Shown here in pieces: positions 23,180 to 31,094 of a DNA stretch of 31,094 nt. The translations under genes were made by a program, and so were the position numbers. The notes beneath the pieces were generated by a model. It searched no databases. It was given only the letters and a program-made list of their open reading frames with translations, and was not told the DNA's origin. This stretch comes from Macrostomum lignano (taxonomy: Eukaryota). The stretch is from the NCBI GenBank assembly GCA_002269645.1, contig NIVC01004931.1, positions 1-31,094 on the forward strand. The letters run 5' to 3'. How positions within the stretch are numbered: position 1 is the first letter of the stretch; each line of letters begins with the position of its first letter.

Positions 23180-24290
23180 ATGCTGTGCTGGGGAGAAAAA
23201 CTGAGACGTAAAGGCTCTCAGAGAATAACTGCTGAGATTACGGGGGGGGGGGGTTTCTGAGATGTCAAAGCAAAAGTCAGAAGCTACTTCAAAGTTCATG
23301 TACTTTACTCAATTTTTTTATTGCATTCTTTGTTGGCTCGCCACGGGAGGCGCTTATAGAAGAAGAGTCATGTAAAAAATAAAAGTAGCACTACGAGCGT
23401 ATGTACGAGCTATACATAAAAGAAAAGTCATGTTCAAGTTAAAAGATTCATTTGGGAATTGCTACGATGTCAAAGCTTGGTGGAAATCGTTATAGTGCTT
23501 GATTCTTAAAGAAGGAATCACTAAAATGTCAAGGCTTAGGGGAGAAGAATTGCTGAGATTTCAAGGCTTTAGGTTGGATTAAAGTTAGGTTTAGGTCAGG
23601 TGTGGGTTGAGGGTTATATTTTATCGGGTTTCAAGGTTAACAGAATAACAGGGGATTTTTTAGATTTCAAGGTTTATGGAGGCCATCGCTGACATGTTAA
23701 GGCTTACGGGGGAATAGCTGAGATGTCAAGGCTCACGGGGTATAAATGAGATTTCAAGGCTAAAGTCAGAAGCTACATGTAGTTTATTGAAAACTTTTTA
23801 TTACATTATTTGATGCCTCCTCAGGGGAGGGATCGCTGATAAAAAAGCGTAATGTAAAAAATAAAAGAAGCTTCATGTCGAAGTTAAGAGATTCATTTGG
23901 GAATCCCTACGATGTCGAGGCTTGCAGGAAATCGCTATAATGCTGTAGTAGTGCTATAGTGACTCTTAGAGAGAATTACTGAAATTTCAATGTTAGGTTA
24001 GGGTTAGGGTTAGGGTTAGGGCTAGGGTTAGGGTTAGGGTTAGGCTAGGGTTAGAAGGTTGACAGATATTTTTAGATTTCCAAGGCTTATTGGGGGCATT
24101 GCTGAGATGTCAAGGGGGGAAGTTGATATGTCAAAGCTTGTGGGGGGGAATTACTGACATGTCAAGGCTTACAAGGTTTGACAGGAGATTTTTTAAGATT
24201 TCAAGGATACATGTAGCTTATTAAAAAAACGTGTATTGCATTTATTTGGCTCCCCAACGGGGGGCGTAGATTGCTAGTTTTGTATGCTAA
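23180..24290. repeat. Diverged ~0.45-0.5 kb tandem macro-repeat (about 2.5 copies) with CTGAGATGTCAAGG sub-repeats
   Basis: Homologous blocks GCTAC...TTATTGCATT...GGGAGG begin at ~23282, ~23771 and ~24206. AGATTCATTTGGGAAT..CTACGATGTC appears at ~23444 and ~23890. Confidence 0.8.
23992..24054 (+). repeat. Interstitial telomeric repeat (TTAGGG)n, about 10 units including CTAGGG and TTAGG variants
   Basis: Six perfect TTAGGG plus variants read directly. Confidence 0.9.
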
Positions 24291-24618
24291 TTATATATAT
24301 TGATTGGGCTAGAAAATTCTGGCTTACATATATACTATCTAGAGTCTAGGATAGGCCCCTAGTAATACCTAATTATAATGTATATTTAGACAATATAATA
24401 GGCCCTAGCTTGGTATACTTTTATATATGTCTAATATATTTGTACTTACATGCAGGTTGCAATAATGCTAATAAATGAATTAGATATATAAACATACTAA
24501 CATAAAAAACTTTTTTAAATTTATAAATGTTATAAGTTTAGTATAAATTAATTAAGAAATAACTAATTTAATAATATAATTAATGTTTAAGTTTAGTCAA
24601 GATATTAAATAAAATGTT

Positions 24619-24758
24619 GGTAGTACTTATTTAGCTAGTACCAATCAAATAAGCTTTGCTCCTAATTTAAGCTTAGTGACAAGCTTGTAATTATAAGAAA
24701 ACTGCTAGCATAATAGTAGCAAGCTTATTTGAATGGTGCCAGCTAAATAAGCATTACC
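24619..24758. mobile_element. 140-bp MITE, Mutator (MULE)-like
   Basis: TIR GGTAGTACTTATTTAGCTAGTACCAATCAAATAAGC versus the reverse complement of the right end, GGTAATGCTTATTTAGCTGGCACCATTCAAATAAGC. A perfect 9-bp TSD TAAAATGTT lies at 24610-24618 and 24759-24767. Confidence 0.85.
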
Positions 24759-25021
24759 TAAAATGTTGACATTAGGCTTTCAGTTTTTTTGTTTTTAATT
24801 AATGATAGAAATGTTAAGTCTAGATATTAGAATTCAAATTGCATAAACCATTATATAGGTTTATAATAATTGGATTAAATGGACATATCTTAGTAAAAAT
24901 ATTGAATAAACTTAAACAAAAAACACTCATTACTATAGTATAATGCAAGATAGAGCTTAACCATAGATTAAAAAACTCTCTAAGCATAAAAAGTTTGTGA
25001 TCTTTGAATAGGTCTAGTTTG

Positions 25022-25185
25022 AAGGCTTAGGCTAGTGATCTAGTGCTCTGCTCTGATGTGTCAGCAGCCCAGGCTCGATTCCAAGTGCAGTCACATTAAT
25101 TTGGGGTTTGGGGTAAATTGGGGTAAATTTGGGGTAAATTGAAATATTGACTTGAGTCTGTTCATGAAATTAACTGCTTTGAGGG
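25022..25185 (+). mobile_element. Second, diverged and 3'-truncated copy of the tRNA-derived SINE
   Basis: TAGGCTAGTGATCTAG..GCTCTGATGT..GCCCAGGCTCGATTCCAAG..GTCACATTAATTT...GGGCCAACC aligns with the reverse complement of ~5850-5990. It has an internal TTGGGGTAAA expansion. Confidence 0.7.
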
Positions 25186-25269
25186 CCAACCTATGCCATT
25201 TACCTTGTAACTCTGTACAGATTCTTGTATTAAATAATCATATATGATCAACTTCCTCTATATTTTTAG

Positions 25270-25330
25270 CCAGCATTCAATGAGAATTCTAGCGACTTGG
25301 ATGTGCTCCCCGCCTGCTACAGTTCGTTTG
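25270..25330 (+). CDS. TTC13: TTC13 exon (PAFNENSSDLDVLPACYSSF) ending in a GC donor
   Basis: Acceptor TATTTTTAG| at 25269; donor TG|GCAAGT at 25330/25331. The phase-1 end supplies the G needed by the next exon. Confidence 0.5.
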
Positions 25331-25505
25331 GCAAGTTTTTATAATGAAGCAATCTGTATTGAAATGACCAGCAATCCATAGCATAGGGTACTTTCTTACT
25401 ATTAAGCAATATGAAGCAAAACCTAACTACTTACTCAGGAAGTAAAACGACTATTGGCTATAAATAAACAGTTGTCAATTGATTGGCATCTCTGTTATTT
25501 TGCAG

Positions 25506-25573
25506 ACTCCTGTCCATTTGGGGCGTGTTCGGTTTGCTCTGGCTCTGAACCGTTTAACAAGACTCAGTTCCAC
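25506..25573 (+). CDS. TTC13: TTC13 exon (DSCPFGACSVCSGSEPFNKTQFH)
   Basis: TTTTGCAG| acceptor and |GTGAGC donor; phase 1 to 0, consistent with the neighbouring exons. Confidence 0.6.
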
Positions 25574-25674
25574 GTGAGCAGTGCTTGGCAATTGGTGTGC
25601 TTTTGTGGCTAAGAGATTAGCATTGCTGATTCAGTGACTCGAAATTACAGACCTAAGTAAAAATAGAGGAATTG

Positions 25675-25734
25675 AGACAGACAGGCAGACAGACAGACAG
25701 ACAGACAGACAGGCAGAGAGACAGACAGACAGGC

Positions 25735-25771
<37 letters not shown>

Positions 25772-25774
25772 GGC

Positions 25775-25805
<31 letters not shown>

Positions 25806-25900
25806 AAGACAGACAGGCAGACAGACAGACAGACAGGCAGAGAGACAGACAGACAGAGACAGACATACAGACAGACAGACAGACAGAGAGACAGACAGAA
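25675..25900. repeat. (GACA)n microsatellite
   Basis: Direct inspection; intronic. Confidence 0.97.
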
Positions 25901-25988
25901 AGACACTGAGAAAACAGGTAGACGGGCAGTCAAGAATGAAAAAATATGACGCAATCTCTCGTACAAATCCAAAAATTTCGCATTGCAG

Positions 25989-26064
25989 AGTTACGCCCGA
26001 AATATTGTGGCGTCAAAGTTTCTCACGTTCGACTTTGGTTCGGAGTCTTTGTTAAAACGATTCG
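25989..26064 (+). CDS. TTC13: TTC13 exon ([25 protein letters not shown])
   Basis: CATTGCAG| acceptor and |GTAAGT donor; phase 0 to 1. Confidence 0.7.
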
Positions 26065-26147
26065 GTAAGTGTGCCAGGAGTTTGTCTAATAATGTTTATG
26101 TTTGAATTAAAAGTTATTAGCCAATGTTAAACTATAACTGACTGTAG

Positions 26148-26218
26148 CCTTCGGTCTGGTTCTCATGAACACTGGATACTTGGACAAAGCCATCGAGCAC
26201 TTTGAACGATTTCTGAAG
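26148..26218 (+). CDS. TTC13: TTC13 exon, first TPR (AFGLVLMNTGYLDKAIEHFERFLK)
   Basis: CTGACTGTAG| acceptor and AAG|GTGCGT donor. Resembles TTC13 AYVLIGSGLYDEAIRHFSTML. Confidence 0.85.
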
Positions 26219-26312
26219 GTGCGTGCCATGTACAAGCTGGACTTTTCGTGTCCTGGTTTGAAGTTTTTCCCAGAAGCATTTATTATGATATATTTCATTT
26301 ATTTTTTGCAAG

Positions 26313-26378
26313 GAATTTCCCAACCAGCCGGAGGCCCTGACTGCATTGGCAATCGCGCAGTTTAGGAAAGATTATCAA
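26313..26378 (+). CDS. TTC13: TTC13 exon (EFPNQPEALTALAIAQFRKDYQ)
   Basis: TTTTTTGCAAG| acceptor, |GTAAGC donor, 22 codons, TPR pattern. Confidence 0.75.
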
Positions 26379-26442
26379 GTAAGCTTATTTGTTTCTGTTT
26401 AATAACTTCTTCTTTAACTAACATGTTTAATGTTTTCAGTTT

Positions 26443-27385
26443 TTGTCACTCCATTTCACTCTATTGTCACTCCATTTCACTCTATTGTCACTCCATTTCA
26501 CTCTATTGTTACTCCATTTATCCCCATTGTCACTCCATTGTCATTCTATTGTCACTCCATTTCTCTCTATTGTCACTCCATTGTCTCTCCATTGTCACTT
26601 CATTTCTTTCCATTGTCATTCTATTGTCACTCCATTGTCTCTCCATTGTCACTTCATTTCTTTCCATTGTCACTCTATTGTCACTCTATTGTCACTCCAT
26701 TTCTCTCTATTGTCACTCCATTTCTCTCTATTGTCACTCCATTGTCTCTCCATTGTCACTTCATTTCTTTCCATTGTCACTCTATTGTCACTCTATTATC
26801 ACTCCATTTCTCTCTATTGTCACTCCATTTCTCTCTATTGTCACTCCATTGTCTCTCCATTGTCACTTCATTTCTTTCCATTGTCACTCTATTGTCACTC
26901 CATTTCTCTCTATTGTCACTCCATTGTCTCTCCATTGTCACTTCATTTCTTTCCATTGTCACTCTATTGTCACTCTATTATCACTCCATTTTTCTCTATT
27001 GTCACTCCATTTCTCTCTATTGTCACTCCATTGTCTCTCCATTGTCACTTCATTTCTTTCCATTGTCACTCTATTGTCACTCCATTTCTCTCTATTGTCA
27101 CTCCATTGTCTCTCCATTGTCACTTCATTTCTTTCCATTGTCACTCTATTGTCACTCTATTATCACTCCATTTTTCTCTATTGTCACTCCATTTCTCTCT
27201 ATTGTCACTCCATTGTCTCTCCATTGTCACTTCATTTCTTTCCATTGTCACTCTATTGTCACTCCATTTCTCTATATTGTCACTCCGTTGTCACTTCATT
27301 TATTTCCACTGTCACTCCATTTCTCGACATTGTCACTCTATTTCTCTACATTACACTCTATTTATCTCCATTGTCACTCCATTCA
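26443..27385. repeat. Intronic CT-rich satellite (core ATTGTCACTC) with a 182-bp higher-order period
   Basis: The marker CTCTATTATCACTCC is at 26791, 26973 and 27155 (exactly 182 apart); the minus-strand ORFs 26777 and 26959 are identical. Confidence 0.95.
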
Positions 27386-28045
27386 CTACACTGTTATTAG
27401 AGATGTCAGTAGGCTTGGGACACTTGATTTCAATGTGACAAAGAATCCAGAGTGACATGTTTTCCTTGAATTTATACAGACACGCCAAGCGGATGGTACT
27501 AGGGTCAGTGAGCTGCCATCTCTCTGTTTTTAATTTATATGCTGTGTTAGTAGTTATGGAATTCGCGAATTTTGGTTTCTTGGATGTCTGATTCTGATGT
27601 ACAAGTATTTTATATTAGACTAAATGCGTTCTTTAGGTTTAGTAAACTCACTCACTTTACTGACTATATCTGTCTTTTTGAGAATTTTTTCTGGACTTTT
27701 TTACTTTTAATTTTTACTTTCTCGCAAAATTGCTATATTAGTCTCGCATTATTGCTATTAAGTAGGGTGTATGAAACTTTTTATACCGTCTAAACCTGTT
27801 GGTTAAATCGACATGTACTTGGATATACGCTCGTAAATAGCGCAGAAAACCTTATGTTATTATTGAAAGTGCAGACTTAGACTTAAGGTAGGGAGCGATT
27901 TAGGGTAGGGTTGAAGTTTAAGTTAGAGAGTTTGAAAGTAGGGTGAGATGTTAAGACTAGGTGAGATATAGTTTAGACATAGCTATATAAGGTAGACTAA
28001 ATTTAGCCAAGAAAATATAGCCATTATTTCACATATACCCTGTAG

Positions 28046-28273
28046 GCATTCGGCAATCAGGCCGTTAATCTTCTAACAGAGGCGCTCAGACTTCAAAGCA
28101 AAACTGCCTACCTATACGTGAAGCGAGCTCAGATTCAATTTTTAATTGGCAACTATGCTCAAGCATTCAACGATATGAGCAACGCTATTAATATGAACCG
28201 GACCGCCTGGCAACTGGTTCTGCAGCGGTGTCTCGTTAATTTTGCTCTGGGCGAAAGCGAGGCAGCTTTTCAG
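28046..28273 (+). CDS. TTC13: TTC13 exon, TPR repeats
   Basis: CCCTGTAG| acceptor and CAG|GTATTT donor; 76 codons AFGNQAVNLLTEALRLQSKTAYLYVKRAQIQFLIGNYAQAFNDMSNAI... Confidence 0.85.
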
Positions 28274-28301
28274 GTATTTCATTTATGCTTGCACCTTTGG
28301 A

Positions 28302-29290
28302 AGGAGAGAGGGAAGGAGATGTTTAGAAAGAGAGGGAAGAAGAGGGTGAGAGTGGGGGAAGAAGAGAGTGAGAGAGAGTGGGGGAAGGAGAGGGTGAGAG
28401 AGAGTGGGGAAGGAGAGGGTGAGAGAGAGTGGGGGAAGGAGAGTGTGAGAGTGGGGGAAGGAGAGAGTGGGGGAAGCAGAGTGTGAGAGTGGGGGAAGGA
28501 GAGGGTGAGAGTGGGGGAAGGAGAGGGTGAGAGAGAGTGGGGAAGGAGAGGGTGAGAGTGGGGGAAGGAGAGGGTGAGAGTGGGGGAAGGAGAGGGTGAG
28601 AGAGAGTGGGGGAAGGAGAGAGTGAGAGTGGGGGAAGGAGAGGGTGAGAGAGAGTGGGGAAGGAGAGGGTGAGAGAGAGTGGGGGAAGGAGAGTGTGAGA
28701 GTGGGGGAAGGAGAGAGTGGGGAAGCAGAGTGTGAGAGTGGGGGAAGGAGAGGGTGAGAGTGGGGGAAGGAGAGGGTGAGAGAGAGTGGGGAAGGAGAGG
28801 GTGAGAGTGGAGGAAGGAGAGGGTGAGAGTGGGGGAAGGAGAGGGTGAGAGAGAGTGGGGAAGGAGAGAGTGAGAGTGGGGGAAGGAGAGGGTGAGAGTG
28901 GGGAAGGAGAGGGTGAGAGAGAGTGGGGGAAGGAGAGAGTGGGGGAAGGAGAGAGTGAGAGTGGGGGGAAGGAGAGGGTGAGAGTGGAAGGAGAGAGTGG
29001 GGAAGGAGAGAGTGAGAGTGGGGAAGGAGAGGGTGAGAGTGGGGAAGGAGAGGGTGAGAGTGGTGAGAGTGGGGGAAGGAGAGGTGAGAGTGGGGAAGGA
29101 GAGAGTGAGAGTGAGAGGAAGGAGAGGGAGAGTGAGAGTGGGGGAAGGAGAGGGTGAGAGTGGGGGAAGGAGAGAGTGAGAGTGGGGGAAGGAGAGAGTG
29201 AGAGTGGGAGAAGGAGAGAGTGAGAGAGAGTGGGGAAGGAGAGAGTGAGAGAGATTGGGGGAAGGAGAGGGTGAGAGGATGAGATGGGAA
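28302..29290. repeat. Intronic purine-only GA-rich minisatellite (GAGAGTGGGGGAAGGAGAGGGT-like, ~21-26 bp)
   Basis: Almost no C on the + strand over ~1 kb; repeated G3-G5 runs. Confidence 0.95.
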
Positions 29291-29420
29291 AGGTTGAAAC
29301 TGATAAGTTAGGGTTAGATATTCTGTACCTAGGAGATGCATAGGTAAAAAAGGAAAAGATGGCTGTGCAGGTTTAGTGATGAAGCCGGTAGCAACAATCG
29401 GACGGTCTCCATCCGCCCAG

Positions 29421-29680
29421 GACGCAAAATCGGCGGTCCGTCTGCACGGCCGCGACCCTCACCTGCTGCTGGTGCTGGGCGCGGCCTACACCCGATTGGG
29501 CCGCCTGCGCAACGCTGCCGAGACCTACAAAGAGGCGCTGGAGGAGGCGCCCGACCTGGTGGACGCTCGACTGCGCATGGCCGACTGCCATCGGTGCTGG
29601 GCGCCGGTCAGCGGGTTGTACAGCTGCTGACGCCGCTGCTATCGCCTGCTGACAGTGCTGGCGGGGTGCGGCCTGATCAG
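29421..29680 (+). CDS. TTC13: TTC13 exon, TPR repeats; -1 frameshift at ~29594
   Basis: CCGCCCAG| acceptor, DAKSAVRLHGRDPHLLLVLGAAYTRLGRLRNAAETYKEAL... The exon is 260 nt (one short of 261); adding G gives CHRVLGAGQRVVQLL and a phase-0 CAG|GTGTGG donor matching the next exon. Confidence 0.8.
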
Positions 29681-29734
29681 GTGTGGCCATGCTGTCTTTG
29701 ACTCTTTAAGATTCTCTTTGACGGGATTGAGCTT

Positions 29735-29995
29735 CTCTGTGCAGAATTATCGTTCTCTATGGGGATTAAGGTTCTCTGTGAGGATTAAGGTTATCTGTGG
29801 GGGATTAAGGCTCTATGTAAGGGATTAAGGTTCTCTATGGGGGATTAAGGTTCTCAATGGGGATTAAGGTTCTCTATGGGGGATTAAGGTTCTCTATGGG
29901 GGATTAAGGTTCTCAATGGGGATTAAGGTTCTCAATGGGGGATTAAGGTTCTCAATGGGGGATTGTCGTTCTCTATGGGGGATTAAAGTTCTCTG
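29735..29995. repeat. Intronic ~20-21-bp minisatellite GGGGATTAAGGTTCTCTATG
   Basis: Direct inspection, about 12 copies. Confidence 0.92.
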
Positions 29996-30026
29996 TGTGT
30001 GCTCACTGTCTCCAACAACCTCGCAG

Positions 30027-30398
30027 ACCTACGCTGCCAGCAAGCTCGCGGCCATGTCGCACTACTCGGCGGGTCGGTGCCGCCAGACGCTGAACTACAC
30101 AGATCGCTGCCTGGCGCTTCACCCCACCTGCCCCGTCTGTCTGTTCCGGCGCGCCGCCGCCCTCGCCAATCTGGGCCAATTCTACGAAAGCATCCGCGCC
30201 TCGACGGCGATCATGGTGCAGGGCTCGCTGGCCGCCACCGCAGCCTCGCCAGAGTTCTTGCGCAGTCACTACCTGCGCGAATGGGGCAGGTTTCTTCGCG
30301 GCCGGTTGGACACCAACTGGGGATTGTTGAACTTCACTACCGACTTGCAGAAAGATTTTCGGGTCAGATGGATTCTTGGAAAGTCGCTGCTTGAATCG
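30027..30398 (+). CDS. TTC13: TTC13 exon (gene probably continues beyond the window)
   Basis: CTCGCAG| acceptor. LGQFYESIRASTAIM...ASPEFLRSHYLREWGRFLRGRLDT...DLQKDFRVRW matches the TTC13 hallmark GQFYEGIKAQT...ASPEYLKVKYLREYSRYLHAHLDT. Donor TCG|GTGAGC at 30398/30399. Confidence 0.9.
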
Positions 30399-30629
30399 GT
30401 GAGCTCATTCATTACATATCTCTGGGATTCGAACCTAGGATCTTTTCTGTGTACAAAACTTCAATTCAACAGTTCAAGTCTGTCTGCAGAGCTCTCAGAA
30501 ATTTTAATTTCTTTTTGAATAATATTTTTAGAAAGTCTATCGAGAAGAGTCTGGCCTGCAGCCAAGTCAAGAGTGAGTTTTTATTTATTGATTTTTTATT
30601 GTTTGTTAAGATTGAGAAACGTAAAATAG

Positions 30630-31094
30630 AATGTCTATGGAAATTTCCACAGTTCAGAAAGCGATACTAAAGTACATTGCTAATGTCTATGAAGTTTCCA
30701 TAGTAAGAAACTATACTAAAGTACATTGCTAATGTCTATGGAATTTCCATATTATAAAGAAACCGATACCAAAATACATTGCTAATGTCTATGAAGTTTC
30801 CACAGTCAGAAAGCGATACTAAAGTACATTGCTAATGTCTATGGAAGTTTCCATAGTGAAGAAACGATACTAAAGTACATTTGCTAATGTCTATGGAAAT
30901 TTCCACAGTTCAGAAAGCGATACGAGCGTACTAAAGTACATTGCTAATGTCTATGGAATTTTCCATATAAAGAAACGATACTAAAGTACATTGCTAATGT
31001 CTATGGAAGTTTCCACAGTTCAGAAAGCGATACTAAATACATTGCTAATGTCTATGGAAGTTTCCATAGTGAAGAAACCGATACTAAAGTACAT
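30630..31094. repeat. Intronic ~52-bp tandem repeat (AATGTCTATGGAAGTTTCCACAGTTCAGAAAGCGATACTAAAGTACATTGCT), running off the window
   Basis: About 9 copies, with +/-1 nt differences mostly in short homopolymers. Confidence 0.95.

Noticed and set aside
27390-27510. Possible extra TTC13 exon after the CT-rich satellite
   Set aside because: Exons 26313-26378 and 28046-28273 already join in phase 0 with a continuous TPR pattern, and there is no convincing donor/acceptor pair.
27880-27965. TTAGGG-like stretch
   Set aside because: Only one exact TTAGGG in degenerate G/T-rich sequence; too weak to call telomeric.
26423-29341. 300+ aa ORFs (LSIVT/CHSI repeats; SHPL repeats on the minus strand; GEGE repeats)
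   Set aside because: Low-complexity satellites in introns; the flanking TTC13 exons join in phase without them.
30630-31094. Regular ~52-bp (and 77-bp at 3866-4823) repeats that look CRISPR-like
   Set aside because: Head-to-tail units without unique spacers, in a eukaryotic intron or intergenic region, with no cas genes.

Overview
Eukaryotic (metazoan, invertebrate-like) nuclear DNA with spliceosomal introns, TTAGGG repeats and minisatellite-filled introns. The style resembles the flatworm Macrostomum, but that is inference only. There are four recognisable + strand genes: the 3' part of a KAT6/MOZ-like MYST acetyltransferase (36-2994), an intronless mitochondrial ribosomal protein MRPL24 (6161-7044), the golgin GCC2/GCC185 (11902-18775) and the 5' part of TTC13 (~20320-30398, probably continuing beyond the window). 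A possible uncharacterised spliced - strand gene with an 18-aa PEV repeat (7815-~8600) lies head-to-head with GCC2, across a quasi-palindromic, CCAAT-containing inverted-repeat element. All four genes are interrupted by frameshifts (8 in total). Every one has the same sign and is repaired by adding one base to a short run, which most likely reflects long-read consensus deletions rather than biology. Other content: two copies of a tRNA-derived SINE, a 140-bp Mutator-like MITE with a 9-bp TSD, a Helitron/Lep1-like 5' end, an interstitial telomeric tract inside a ~0.45-0.5 kb macro-repeat, and about ten unrelated tandem arrays. No prokaryotic systems, CRISPR arrays, rRNA or intact tRNA genes are supported.
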